Positions 33,231-43,772 of a stretch of DNA of 64,000 nucleotides are shown here, in pieces (the first letter of the stretch is position 1; the number at the start of each line of letters is the position of its first letter). The stretch is taken from assembly GCA_963772725.1 (NCBI GenBank), contig CAVYYI010000002.1:1-64000 (forward strand), in the 5' to 3' direction. Both the position numbers and the translations under genes were made by a program. The notes under the pieces are model-generated. The model did no database searches. It saw nothing but the letters and a program-made list of their open reading frames with translations, and was not told the origin of the DNA. The DNA comes from an uncultured Phycisphaerales bacterium (GTDB lineage: Bacteria > Planctomycetota > Phycisphaerae > Sedimentisphaerales > Anaerobacaceae).

Positions 33231-33669
33231 TTATATGATTTCCGGGATGTCGTCGTCAGGCTCTTCAATCTCAACCGGTTTATAGCCGGGCTGCTTTCGA
33301 CTTTTCCAGCTCTTCTGTGAAAGCGGCAGTAATTTTATCCTGAATTCTCTGCCTGCACTCGGCGTTTATCGGATGCGCAATGTCGGCGTGCAGTTTCATT
33401 CTGCCTTTAGCATCTTTTCTGACACGGTCTTCCGAAAGCTGAGCCCCGCAGTTATTGCAGTACCTGGCTTTGAGGTGGTTCTTGCTTCCGCACTTATCGC
33501 AATGGTCGCTCATCTTCCTCGAAGGCATGGCAACGAAATAACCATTTGTACCCTCGATAATCTTGATGTCGCGAATGACAAACTCATTGTCGATCGTTAC
33601 CGAGCAGAAAGCCTTTAACCTGTCGTCTTTGTTGTTGATTAACTTGACTCTAACTTCAGTGATTTCCAT
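33231..33669 (-). CDS. spoVG: SpoVG family nucleic-acid-binding protein with zinc-ribbon insert (1-nt insertion near 33295)
   Basis: [20 protein letters not shown]...CNNC, DIAHPIN; shifted frame gives [22 protein letters not shown]. Confidence 0.92.
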
Positions 33670-33691
33670 ATTCTTTGCCTCGCTAAAAAGT

Positions 33692-34626
33692 TTACCATCT
33701 GTTGTTACTCACAACAATGCTTTTGCAACCTGAAATTCCCCCTATCTTTTGTTGATACTCACCAAGATTTGCTTTAGCCTTTTTATTCATAATATAATAC
33801 AGCGTCGAACCGCTACCGCTAAGGCACAATGGCCTAAGTCCCCACGATTCAACCTTACTTTTTAACTCAGCCAGTTCCGTATGTAAACGGAAGCAACACG
33901 GCGCAAGCATATTTGCCCATATTTTCGCAATTAAATCAACTCTGTTTTTTTCAAGACAGCGATTTATTCTGGGACTTAACTTTTTATAGATACTCTTATC
34001 GTGGATATAATTGCTATAAACCTTTTTAGTAGAAACACTTACGTCAGGAAGTATAAGGATGGCATCAAAGTCGAATTTTTTATTCAAACGTGTGATTTTT
34101 TCGCCTTTGCCCCTGCAAAAAGATAATGGTCCAGCTAAAAAGAAGGCCACATCGCTTCCGAGAAGAGCGGCCATTTCTCTCATCTGTTTGATAGTTACAT
34201 CCAGTCCGAGGAATTTTTTGACACCGACAAGCGTTGCCGCCGCGTCACTGCTGGCAGAGCCGAGGCCGGAACCTGCAGGTATATTTTTAGTTAAAGTGAT
34301 TTTAAGATTGGCTTTTGAATCGCAGGCGTCAAGGAGCATTCGGCAGGCTTTGTATATCAGATTTTCTTTTCCCTGCGGCGCCCAGTATGGTCCTGTGCTG
34401 ATAACCTCGATACCTTTTTTTCTGGCGTGTTCGATGAGAATCTCATCGAACCAGTTAATTTTGGCCATTACGGTTTCAATTTCATGAAAACCGTCTGGAC
34501 GTTTGCCCGCTATCAGGAGGCTTAGATTAATCTTCGCCGGAGCGCGTATCAATAATCCTTGTCCCACAGCGGTGAACCGCTGTTTACCGTTATATCTTCG
34601 CTGTTCTATGTCAATCCTTCCAATCA
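33692..34626 (-). CDS. ispE: 4-diphosphocytidyl-2-C-methyl-D-erythritol kinase (start uncertain)
   Basis: [40 protein letters not shown]. Confidence 0.96.
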
Positions 34627-34765
34627 TATACATCACCGATAATTGTTGACAATATAACAAATTGGCCTTATCTTGAGAACAAAAATTTAAGCTAAAAAGA
34701 GTTATACCGCCGCACCTAAGACGCGGTAAATTAAAAGGTAATCAGACACGGAGTAATTTAACATT

Positions 34766-35437
34766 ATGTTGGCATCCGGCAATTTTATAGATTTTGTTCT
34801 TCATTTTGATAAGCACCTTCCTGCTATTATGGACAGTTTCGGGATTTGGTGTTATCTGCTGTTTTTCCTTGTTATTTTCGCGGAAACTGGTTTGGTGGTA
34901 ACGCCATTTCTTCCAGGAGATTCGCTGCTTTTTGCGCTCGGGACATTCGCCGCGGCTGGCTCTCTTGATGTTACGTGGCTTTTTGTTATTCTTTCTGCGG
35001 CGGCGGTGCTTGGCGACAGCGCTAATTATGCCATTGGCAAATATTTCGGCGATTTTATATTAAAGAAAGAAGGCTCGTGGTTCCTTAAAAAAGAGCATAT
35101 AGAGCGCACACACAAATTTTATGAGAAATACGGAGCCAAGACCATTGTGCTGGCAAGATTTGTGCCGATAGTCCGCACATTTGCGCCGTTTGTGGCTGGG
35201 GTGGGCAAGATGAGTTATCTGAAGTTTTTCTCTTACAATGTAATTGGCGGCGTCGCCTGGATTTCGCTATTTATTTTCGGCGGTTACTTGTTCGGAAATA
35301 TTCCAATCATTAAAAATAATTTCACAATCACAATCTTTGTTATAATAATACTATCGATTATGCCCGCAGTAATTGAGGTTATACGGCATAAAATGCAGAA
35401 AAAGACGCAACACACAAGTCCCAAGACGCAAGACTAA
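34766..35437 (+). CDS. dedA: DedA family membrane protein
   Basis: FAETGLVVTPFLPGDSLLF, ARFVPIVRTFAPFVAG. Confidence 0.96.
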   Translation: MLASGNFIDFVLHFDKHLPAIMDSFGIWCYLLFFLVIFAETGLVVTPFLPGDSLLFALGTFAAAGSLDVTWLFVILSAAAVLGDSANYAIGKYFGDFILKKEGSWFLKKEHIERTHKFYEKYGAKTIVLARFVPIVRTFAPFVAGVGKMSYLKFFSYNVIGGVAWISLFIFGGYLFGNIPIIKNNFTITIFVIIILSIMPAVIEVIRHKMQKKTQHTSPKTQD

Positions 35438-35452
35438 ATTTAAAAAGATTTT

Positions 35453-36045
35453 CACCACCAAGACCCCAAGACACGAAAGTATTTTTCCCGCAAAGAAGCA
35501 AAAGCCGCAAAGTTTTTCTTCTGATTTCTGAGTTCTGTTTTATTAAACACTGATTCCGCTGATACCGCTGATTTTTAACTCAAAACTAATAATGGACACT
35601 GATTCACACCGATTGACACTGTTTTAGCGGGGTTAATTTGTCAAATATGACGCTTGATAAATGATTTTTCAAGCATGAAATGCGGCATATCAAGTTCACA
35701 TCGAGCCAATGTAAGTTTACGACGGCTTAAAGCCGATTTACAGCGGACCAATGCAAATCTTCATCGGTAAAATGCAAATTTACATCCCATAACTGCAAAT
35801 TTGCAATGGCTCAATGTAATTTTACATCGGCCAAATGTAAATTTACATCGCAGCGATGTAAATTATCTTTGGTGCAATGCAAACATTAAAAACCGCGTTT
35901 TCAGTATGAAAAAGAGCATTCACCACCAAGATCCCAAGACACGAAGGTATATTTCCCGCAAAGACGCAAAGGCCGCAAAGTTTTTCTTCTGAGTTCTGTA
36001 TTCTAAACTCCGATTTTTGACACTTATTCACACCGATTAACACTG
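35453..36045. repeat. Direct repeats (about 35453-35538 and 35921-36003) enclosing a 21-bp array
   Basis: caccaccaaga..caagacacgaa..ttcccgcaaaga.gcaaa.gccgcaaagtttttcttctga repeated 468 bp apart; second shared motif acact.attcacaccgatt.acactg. Confidence 0.9.
35688..35890. repeat. Degenerate tandem array, 21-bp period, palindromic 14-bp core ATGTAAATTTACAT
   Basis: Cores at 35709, 35730, 35751, 35772, 35793, 35814, 35835 (perfect), 35856, 35877. Confidence 0.85.
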
Positions 36046-36175
36046 CAAAAAGTTTTATAATATAAAATCTCCGGCAGTCTTCAATCCAAAATTGAAAATG
36101 GAATCAAACGTAAATCGTTATCGGCATATTAAAAAAAATATAGCTTAAGCTTTACAAATTTGTGAGCTACATCTT

Positions 36176-37234
36176 CTATTTCCATGGTGTCTTCACAATC
36201 TGACGTTCAATACCAGAACGGAACTTGTTAATATATTCATGAAGATTATTCTCGTCGGCAGTCCTCAATGAATGTTGTCCTGGAAGTGGCGTAAGTTCTG
36301 GCCATTGATATTTTGTGTACGGGGTACCAGGTGGGCAATCAATATGAATATGAGGTGGCTTGTGTTCGTTGGTATGAACAAAAATCTGTAGGCCAAAGTT
36401 TTTGGGGAAAGGTTTTGCGACCTGTACAAAAGGAATTGATGGGTCTAAGATGATGTATATAGGCACATGACGTTCTGCCGCATGTCGGAATAGGAACTCA
36501 GCAGGATGCCAAGTGTAGGCTGACGCATCACCGGGCGCCGGAATACAGGTTAGATGGTTGGCCGCTGCCGCTGGTACAGTCATAAAAGCAGAGGCACGCC
36601 GTTCGCCGGCGATAAAACGTGGAGGAATCCATTCTTCAAAATCACGATAACCGGGCCCCTGCTTACGCATCCAGGCAGCGGCTTCTGAGAAGAAAAAATC
36701 ATACCTCGGTATACTACGAAGTGCTCGTGCATTGGCGAGTGCCTCTTCATGCAAACTCGCATCTTTATCACCAAAATAGGTAGTATAGCAAGCTTTTCCA
36801 GTAATAACCTCAATCTTAGATGCTGCATACTCTGCACAGAAGTGAAGAAATTCATGTTGCAGGAGCAGGTTGTAAGCACATTGCAAAACATTTGAATTTA
36901 GTGTGTTCTTCTGTGGCACAAGACGACGCGCGAGTGACCATATGCCTCCCATATGTACATAAACGCCCCAAGCTGTGCGATAGAAATGAAATGGTAGATA
37001 ATAGGCCAACGCGTCAATAGTTGTACCATTATCAACTAACATTGGTCCATTATTAACTGGAACATCGCCTTCAACCCTGATAATATCATTACCATCAACC
37101 TTGTGCTTTGTTCCTTTTTCTTCGGTGCTTGCCATCCAATCTGGTATAGGAGTTCGAATTATCACGTCAGAAGGTAGGCCTTTATCGGTTCCAAAGCGAT
37201 TCTGTGCAAAATTAATAATTATATCATTTGGCAT
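36176..37234 (-). CDS. Hypothetical protein: HExxH metallopeptidase-like domain fused to DUF4160-like C-terminal domain
   Basis: LQHEFLHF...HEEALANA; C-terminal IFVHTNEHKPPHIHI. Confidence 0.6.
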   Translation of the reverse strand: MPNDIIINFAQNRFGTDKGLPSDVIIRTPIPDWMASTEEKGTKHKVDGNDIIRVEGDVPVNNGPMLVDNGTTIDALAYYLPFHFYRTAWGVYVHMGGIWSLARRLVPQKNTLNSNVLQCAYNLLLQHEFLHFCAEYAASKIEVITGKACYTTYFGDKDASLHEEALANARALRSIPRYDFFFSEAAAWMRKQGPGYRDFEEWIPPRFIAGERRASAFMTVPAAAANHLTCIPAPGDASAYTWHPAEFLFRHAAERHVPIYIILDPSIPFVQVAKPFPKNFGLQIFVHTNEHKPPHIHIDCPPGTPYTKYQWPELTPLPGQHSLRTADENNLHEYINKFRSGIERQIVKTPWK

Positions 37235-38216
37235 TTCGGTTCCTTCTTAATAACATCGCACCGAGGCCGAGAAACAAAAGCGTGGCAGGTTCGGGGACAA
37301 ATGTCTCAGAAATTAGCCTAACTGAACTGAGGTCATCCATGTGGATAGACTTTATCAAATTGCCTTGGGTATCAAACACAGTCAATCCATCTGAACCACC
37401 TATTAGATATGTATTCGTAAACGAGTCATATTGGGCAAATCCAGACGGTCGTCCGCCACAATCAAAGAGTTTATGTGTCTGCTGGGTTTGTAAATTATAT
37501 TCCCAAAGTTCAGTCCATCCGGCATGATTAACGCTTGAAAAACCTATCGCAAGATTACCTGTATGACTCATACAAAGTGAAGTTGGACAATAATCATTAG
37601 GAAACTGCAATTGTGCAATGACCCCTCCTGTGGGCTGACTTCCAGAAGTATCGTAACGCACCAGTTTGTAAGGGGAAAAATATCCCACAGAATATACTAT
37701 GTCACCGTTCACAAAAAGGCCAACATTATTTTTGGCTTGACCATCAAAACCTAATGTTCCAAGGAGATTCCCGTTTTTATCATATCTGTACACAACTTGA
37801 TTAGTATTCCCTGCAACGAACAACTCACCTTTTGTATTAAACCCAATTTGTCCCGTGCCGTATGTTGAAGTAATCGGAGCCGTGAATGGTTCGATAATAG
37901 CATTTCCATTCCCCTGCGGCGTAATTCTTATGACTCGTTTTGCCCATGACATATCACTTAACCAAGTAGTCCCCACATATATTCTGCCTTGGCTATCGTA
38001 GGAAATGCCTATCACGTCTGGCGACACTCCCGATGGCATTGAAGCAACTAATTGGGTACTACCAGTATTGATGTCCACTTTGACGACTTTGCCCGTACTT
38101 GTTGTAACATAAGTGAAAGATGCTATAACACATGGATTCATCATAAAAATAACTACCAGACTTAAAATAACACATAGAAACAGCTTCTTAAAACAAATTG
38201 TAAGTAATCTTCTCAT
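37224..38216 (-). CDS. PEP-CTERM surface protein, probable beta-propeller
   Basis: Signal peptide, YDSQGRIYV/FNTKGELFV blades, VPEPATLLFLGLGAMLLRRNRNAK. Confidence 0.9.
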   Translation of the reverse strand: MRRLLTICFKKLFLCVILSLVVIFMMNPCVIASFTYVTTSTGKVVKVDINTGSTQLVASMPSGVSPDVIGISYDSQGRIYVGTTWLSDMSWAKRVIRITPQGNGNAIIEPFTAPITSTYGTGQIGFNTKGELFVAGNTNQVVYRYDKNGNLLGTLGFDGQAKNNVGLFVNGDIVYSVGYFSPYKLVRYDTSGSQPTGGVIAQLQFPNDYCPTSLCMSHTGNLAIGFSSVNHAGWTELWEYNLQTQQTHKLFDCGGRPSGFAQYDSFTNTYLIGGSDGLTVFDTQGNLIKSIHMDDLSSVRLISETFVPEPATLLFLGLGAMLLRRNRNAK

Positions 38217-38287
38217 CTCGACTTCTCCTTAAAAAATTGTTATCAAACAGCACCATACTGTTTTTTATTTTTCAATCTCTGCGCAAT

Positions 38288-38420
38288 AAAAAAGGGCACC
38301 GCTACATCGTGCCCTGTTGAGGCTTGCGACAGCCTACGGAAGACACGCAAGCAGTGCCCCGTTTCGGGGCACTGACTTTGTGTGCGATCTTCCGTTTTGA
38401 AATGTCGCAATTTCAACAGG
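38288..38420 (-). ncRNA. Structured 5' leader (long nested hairpin plus terminator), putative attenuator
   Basis: Paired arms cctgttga/tcaacagg, tgcgaca/tgtcgca, acggaaga/tcttccgt, cagtgccccg/cggggcactg; followed by gggcac/gtgccc plus U6. Confidence 0.65.
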
Positions 38421-38499
38421 AACGCCAAAAGTTCAGTACAAATACTACTAAAATTTTAAAAGAACATAAAATCAGGGTTGCCCATTCCGCGTGACATTA

Positions 38500-38528
38500 A
38501 ATTTAGCACAAAATAAAGAATATTGCAA
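38500..38528 (-). promoter_or_regulatory. sigma70-type promoter of the PEP-CTERM operon
   Basis: Minus strand TTGCAA-N17-TAAATT with extended TG. Confidence 0.6.
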
Positions 38529-38733
38529 GCATAAAATAACGATAAATAGCGATAAATTTGAAAAAATATTATGAAAATCCCCATAAAACTGTGTCAATCC
38601 GTGTAATCAGCGATTAAAATTCGTCTTGGGTCGCGAGTCTTGCGTCTTGAGTCTGAATTACTCTGCGGCTTTTGCATCTTGGCGGGAAATAAAAACTGTG
38701 TTAATTCGTATTCATTCGTGTTAAAATAAGCGT

Positions 38734-39294
38734 ATGAATGAGACTCAGAGACAAACGCTTTTGAAGGTTGCACACGATACAGTTAAGGCGGTGGTTAGCT
38801 GTAAGCCAGCGCCAAAAGCAAAAACCGCGGACGGTGAACTCCATACTCAATGCGGGTGTTTTGTAACATTGAAAAACGGCGAGCAGCTTCGCGGCTGCAT
38901 TGGGCAATTTGTTTCTGATAAGCCGTTGATTGAGCTGGTTTCTGAAATGGCCGTTGCGTCTGCTACCGGCGACCCGAGGTTTTTCGGAAATCAGATTAGC
39001 GCCGATGAGCTGGAAGAACTGGATATTGAAATTTCGGTTCTTTCGCCTTTGAAGCGGACAAATAATCCGCTGAGTCTTCGTTTGGGGGTTGACGGAATCT
39101 ACATAAAAAAGGGCTGCACGTCGGGCTGTTTTCTGCCTCAGGTGGCGACGGAAACAGGCTGGACAAAAAAGCAGTTCCTTTCCTATTGCTGCTCGCACAA
39201 GGCGGGCCTTGCCGCAGACGCATGGAAAGACCCCAAAACAGAGGTGTATTTATTTACCGCTGAGGTATTCGGGGCATCGTTTAAGAATATCTGA
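38734..39294 (+). CDS. AmmeMemoRadiSam system protein A (AMMECR1 domain)
   Basis: GCFVTL, LRGCIG, DPRF, IEISVLSP, FLPQVA, KAGL. Confidence 0.95.
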   Translation: MNETQRQTLLKVAHDTVKAVVSCKPAPKAKTADGELHTQCGCFVTLKNGEQLRGCIGQFVSDKPLIELVSEMAVASATGDPRFFGNQISADELEELDIEISVLSPLKRTNNPLSLRLGVDGIYIKKGCTSGCFLPQVATETGWTKKQFLSYCCSHKAGLAADAWKDPKTEVYLFTAEVFGASFKNI

Positions 39295-39436
39295 AAAAAA
39301 ATTCACCGTGAAGAAGTACGAGGAATATTAGGGAACAGTTACTTTGCATTTTTGAATGTTGCCAAGCCGGTACACTGCGGATATAATTATCCTGTGTTTT
39401 TAATACCGTATGAGACAAAATCATAGGAGAATTAAA

Positions 39437-41542
39437 ATGTCTGACTCTTACGAATCAATAGTGGAAATCTTCGGTTCCAATGTTTTTAACGATAAGGTGA
39501 TGCACGAGCGTCTGCCTGCCAGTGTATATAAGTCATTAAAGCGTGCTATCGAAGGCCAGGGAACGCTGGACTCCAGCACCGCTAATGTGATAGCCAACGC
39601 GATGAAAGACTGGGCAATCGAAAAAGGAGCGACACATTTTTGTCACTGGTTTCAGCCGATGACAGGTCTGACCGCGGAAAAGCAGGATTCATTTATTTCG
39701 CCAACCACTGAGGGTGGCACGATAATGGAATTCAGCGGCAGGGAACTTATCAAGGGTGAGCCGGACGCATCTTCGTTTCCATCGGGCGGTCTTCGCGCGA
39801 CATTTGAGGCTCGCGGCTACACTGCGTGGGACTGCACTTCGCCGGTTTTTGTCAAGGAAAGCGGAAAAAATATTACACTGTATATACCATGCGCTTTCTG
39901 TTCTTATACGGGACACGCACTGGACAAAAAAACCCCGCTTCTTCGCTCAATGGACGCACTAAACAGGCAGGGAGTACGTGTTCTTCACGCACTGGGCAAA
40001 AAGGCATCAAAACGGGTCATAGGAACACTCGGACCGGAGCAGGAATATTTTCTGGTTGACCGGACTTATTTTGAGAAGCGCCTTGACCTTGTTTTGACGG
40101 GAAGGACGCTTTTCGGGGCGTTGCCTCCGCGAGGCCAGGAACTGGAAGACCATTATTTCGGCACCTTGCATGAGCGAGTTGCCAGCTTTATGCACGAAGT
40201 CAATATCGAATTATGGAAGCTTGGCGTATCGGCCAAAACGCAGCATAATGAAGTTGCCCCGCGCAATACGAGCTTGCCCCGATTTTTTCGACTGTTAATG
40301 TCGCTACCGACCATAACCAATTGACGATGGAAATACTCCAGAAAGTTGCGCTTCGGCATCATTTTGTGTGTTTGCTGCATGAGAAGCCATTTGCGGGAAT
40401 AAACGGTTCGGGAAAGCACAATAACTGGAGTATGGTAACGGACGACGGCATTAATCTGCTTGACCCGGGCAAGACCCCGCACGACAACATGATTTTTCTT
40501 GTGATGCTTTGTGCTGTGGTTAAAGCTGTGGATAAGTTCGCCAACCTTTTGCGCACAGCGTCGCTACTCCAGGCAATGAGCATCGGCTTGGCGCCAGTGA
40601 GGCACCTCCGGCGATTGTGTCAATTTATCTTGGCGAGCAGTTGACTGATATTTTTGAGCAGCTTGCCTCAGGCGGTGCGAAGTCATCCAGACAGGGCGGT
40701 GAATTAAAACTCGGTATTTCAACGCTTCCGCCTTTGTCTAAGGACACAACAGACCGCAACCGGACGTCGCCGTTCGCGTTTACCGGCAACAAGTTTGAGT
40801 TTCGTATGGTAGGTTCTTCGCAATCAACCGCCGGGCCAACCTTTGTGCTTAATACGATAGTTGCGGAGATAATGTCGGAGATTGCGGATGAGCTGGAAAA
40901 AGCCAAAGATGTCAAGGCCGCGGTTCAGAAAATCTTGCAGAAAATCGCGAAAGAACACCGCAGGGTGATATATAACGGCGACAACTATACCGCACAATGG
41001 CAGCAGGAAGCGAAAAAACGCGGGCTGGGAAATATGCCTTCCGCGGTCGATGCCCTTAACACTATAATGGATAAACAAAATGTAGAGATTTTTGAGAAAC
41101 ATCGCGTCTTGAGCGAGGCTGAGTTGCATGCCCGCGCAGAGATATTATTGGAAAACTATATCAAGACATTGAATATCGAGGCCCTTACGATGCTGAATAT
41201 CGCCAGGCGACAGATAATTCCCGCTGTTATGACTTATTCAGGCCGTTTGGCCGATGTTGTCAAGTCACTCGATTCAGTCAAAGTAAAAGCTGATGCGCAG
41301 CGTGATGTTCTCGGCAGAGTCAGCAAACTTGTAAATTCTTTGCAGGATAAAGTCGAAGCTCTTCAGGCTGCGGTTGGCAAGGCCGCTAAAATTGAAAATG
41401 GCGCAAAGCGGCGCAAGGCTACCGCGATTATGTTATTCCCGTGATGCAGGCTGTGCGTTCGATATCTGACGAGTTGGAATCTCTCGTCGATGCGCACCTG
41501 TGGCCTCTGCCGACTTATGCCGAAATGCTGTTTCTAAAGTAA
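39437..41542 (+). CDS. glnA: Glutamine synthetase type III, three apparent frameshifts
   Basis: [92 protein letters not shown]. Confidence 0.95.
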
Positions 41543-41571
41543 ATCTAAGGATAACAAAACACTGAATCTTT

Positions 41572-43248
41572 ATGAGAATAGGTCTGGGACAATTTAATCC
41601 TTCCGTAGGGGACATAGCCGGAAACCTCAAAATTATGCGGCGGTTTTGCGAACAGGCGGCGCAGTTGAATGTTGACGTTTTGGTTTTTCCGGAATTGGCG
41701 GTTTGCGGCTATCCACCCGAAGACCTTCTGCTGAAAAATCATTTCCTCAGCGATAACCAGCTTGTTATTGACGAGCTGACAAAACAATGTCCCGATAAAA
41801 CTGTTATCACCGGTTTCGCGGAGTTAAGCAAGAACGGCTGCTTTAACGCGATGGCTGTCCTTGAAAAAGGCCGTGTCAGAAAGATTTATCGAAAAAGTAT
41901 TCTTCCGAATTATGGCGTGTTCGATGAGAGAAGGTATTTTCGTCCCGGCACTGAGCCGGTTGTCATCGAAATTAACGGTATCGCCGTGGCCCTTACAATT
42001 TGCGAGGATATATGGCAGCTCGAATGGATGGATAAATTCCTCAGCCAGACTCCTCGCAAAGATTTAATCATAAACATCTCCGCGTCGCCATTTCACGTAG
42101 GCAAAATCGACCAGAGACGAGTCATGCTTGCACGATGCGCGAAACATTTCTCCTGCGCCGTGGGATATTGCAATCTCGTCGGCGGTCAGGATGAACTCGT
42201 ATTCGACGGCAGGAGTATGTTTGTAAATTCTTCCGGGCAGGTTGTAGCTATGGCAAAAGCCTTTGATGAAGACCTGCTTGTTACCGATATTACCCTCTCA
42301 GAGGGCAGAAAGGTCAGCGTCAAAACCGTAAAAGCGGCGTCAGAGTATCCTGAATCCGAGCGGACCGACCCAATAGCTGAGGTGTATGGCGTGCTGGTGC
42401 TGGGAACTAAAGACTACGTTTTGAAAAATGGCTTCAAAAAAGTCATAATCGGACTTAGCGGCGGGATTGATTCTTCACTTACCGCGGCAATCGCAGCTGA
42501 TGCGCTCGGTGCGGAAAATGTCATCGGTGTAACAATGCCTACGCGGTTTAACAGCGGTGAGACGATTTCAGATGCGATAAAAACGGCTGAAAATATTGGA
42601 ATGGAATTTCATACGATTCCAATAGAAGATGTTCTTGCTCAATTCAATAAGACGCTCGGTCTTGTGCAGGGCTGGAAAGACAACGGCATTGCTTATGAAA
42701 ATCTGCAGGCCCGGATTCGCGGCAGCATCCTGATGTCGCTGAGCAATCAGTTTTCATACCTGGTTCTGACAACGGGCAATAAAAGCGAGACCGCCGTTGG
42801 CTATTCAACTCTTTACGGCGATACGGCCGGGGGCTTTGCCGTCATTAAGGATGTGCCTAAGACGATGGTTTATGAGTTGTCTCAATACGTCAACAAAACG
42901 CACAACAGGATGATTATTCCACAGAGCGTTATCGACAGGATTCCGAGTGCCGAACTCAGGGAGAATCAGAAAGACACTGATTCGCTGCCGGATTACGACC
43001 TTCTCGACAGGATATTGAAAGGATATATCGAAGAGGATAAATCCGCCCAGACCCTTACCGCTGAAGGTCTGCCCAAGGATATCGTCAATCGGATAATTGG
43101 GATGGTTGACCGCAACGAATACAAAAGAAGGCAGTCTCCGCCCGGTGTTAAGATTACGCCGAAAGCGTTCGGCAGAGACCGCAGGATGCCCATAACCAAT
43201 AGGTATGTGCCGCTCGAACGCAAAGGCGGCGAAATTATTCCGCAGTAA
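41572..43248 (+). CDS. nadE: Glutamine-dependent NAD+ synthetase
   Basis: Nitrilase domain (FPEL, LPNYGVFDE, ICEDIW) plus SGGIDS, NLQARIRG, TGNKSE, PSAEL. Confidence 0.97.
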   Translation: MRIGLGQFNPSVGDIAGNLKIMRRFCEQAAQLNVDVLVFPELAVCGYPPEDLLLKNHFLSDNQLVIDELTKQCPDKTVITGFAELSKNGCFNAMAVLEKGRVRKIYRKSILPNYGVFDERRYFRPGTEPVVIEINGIAVALTICEDIWQLEWMDKFLSQTPRKDLIINISASPFHVGKIDQRRVMLARCAKHFSCAVGYCNLVGGQDELVFDGRSMFVNSSGQVVAMAKAFDEDLLVTDITLSEGRKVSVKTVKAASEYPESERTDPIAEVYGVLVLGTKDYVLKNGFKKVIIGLSGGIDSSLTAAIAADALGAENVIGVTMPTRFNSGETISDAIKTAENIGMEFHTIPIEDVLAQFNKTLGLVQGWKDNGIAYENLQARIRGSILMSLSNQFSYLVLTTGNKSETAVGYSTLYGDTAGGFAVIKDVPKTMVYELSQYVNKTHNRMIIPQSVIDRIPSAELRENQKDTDSLPDYDLLDRILKGYIEEDKSAQTLTAEGLPKDIVNRIIGMVDRNEYKRRQSPPGVKITPKAFGRDRRMPITNRYVPLERKGGEIIPQ

Positions 43249-43260
43249 AACTTCACGAAA

Positions 43261-43458
43261 ATGGAGGCTAATATGCGGATTACATTTCAGCAGATGTATG
43301 ATGAGTTTTTGCGTGTTCTGCTAAAGTATGGTTTCGAGCAGGACAGGGCAAAGCTTTGTGCCGAATTATTCACACAGACAAGCTGTGATGGTGTGTATTC
43401 TCATGGCCTGAACAGATTCCCAAGATTCATCGAAAACATTAAATTTTTTTGGGGTTAA
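43261..43458 (+). pseudogene. N-terminal fragment of Ldh_2-family (YiaK/DlgD-like) dehydrogenase
   Basis: DGVYSHGLNRFPRF motif; only 65 aa and no continuation. Confidence 0.75.
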
Positions 43459-43461
43459 ATT

Positions 43462-43587
43462 ATGAAGGTGAAAATCACAGAAGAATGCATCTCGTGCGGA
43501 TTATGCGTGGATATATGTCCCGATGTCTTTCAAATGGGCATCCAGTATATTGATAAACTTCCCCAGTTTCAAAAATTTCAAAAATAG
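43462..43587 (+). pseudogene. Truncated ferredoxin
   Basis: MKVKITEECISCGLCVDICPDVFQMG, then unrelated tail; the distal CP ligand is missing. Confidence 0.7.
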
Positions 43588-43594
43588 AGAATAA

Positions 43595-43624
43595 TTGACA
43601 ATTCATACAAAAAGCCGTTATACT
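43595..43624 (+). promoter_or_regulatory. sigma70 promoter of tRNA-Arg
   Basis: TTGACA-N18-TATACT. Confidence 0.7.
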
Positions 43625-43641
43625 ACAGGCGTTTGTGTTTT

Positions 43642-43715
43642 GCGCCTGTAGCTCAATTGGATAGAGCATTGGTCTACGGAACCAAAGGTTACATGTTCGA
43701 GTCATGTCAGGCGCA
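43642..43715 (+). tRNA. tRNA-Arg (ACG)
   Basis: GCGCCTGTAGCTCAATTGGATAGAGCA-TTGGT CT ACG GA ACCAA-AGGTTACATGTTCGAGTCATGTCAGGCGCA. Confidence 0.96.
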
Positions 43716-43772
43716 CTGAATCCCTATAAAAACAGCGTTAATCCATAACTGTAATCTTTCATCTTCTCCTGG

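Noticed and set aside
35688..35890. CRISPR array
   Set aside because: Period is only 21 bp with 7-bp variable parts, repeats are degenerate, and no cas genes are present
38243..38428. 61-aa ORF, or a known riboswitch, in the PEP-CTERM leader
   Set aside because: The ORF coincides with the hairpin and has no recognisable features; no c-di-GMP, SAM, TPP or cobalamin consensus was recognised by eye
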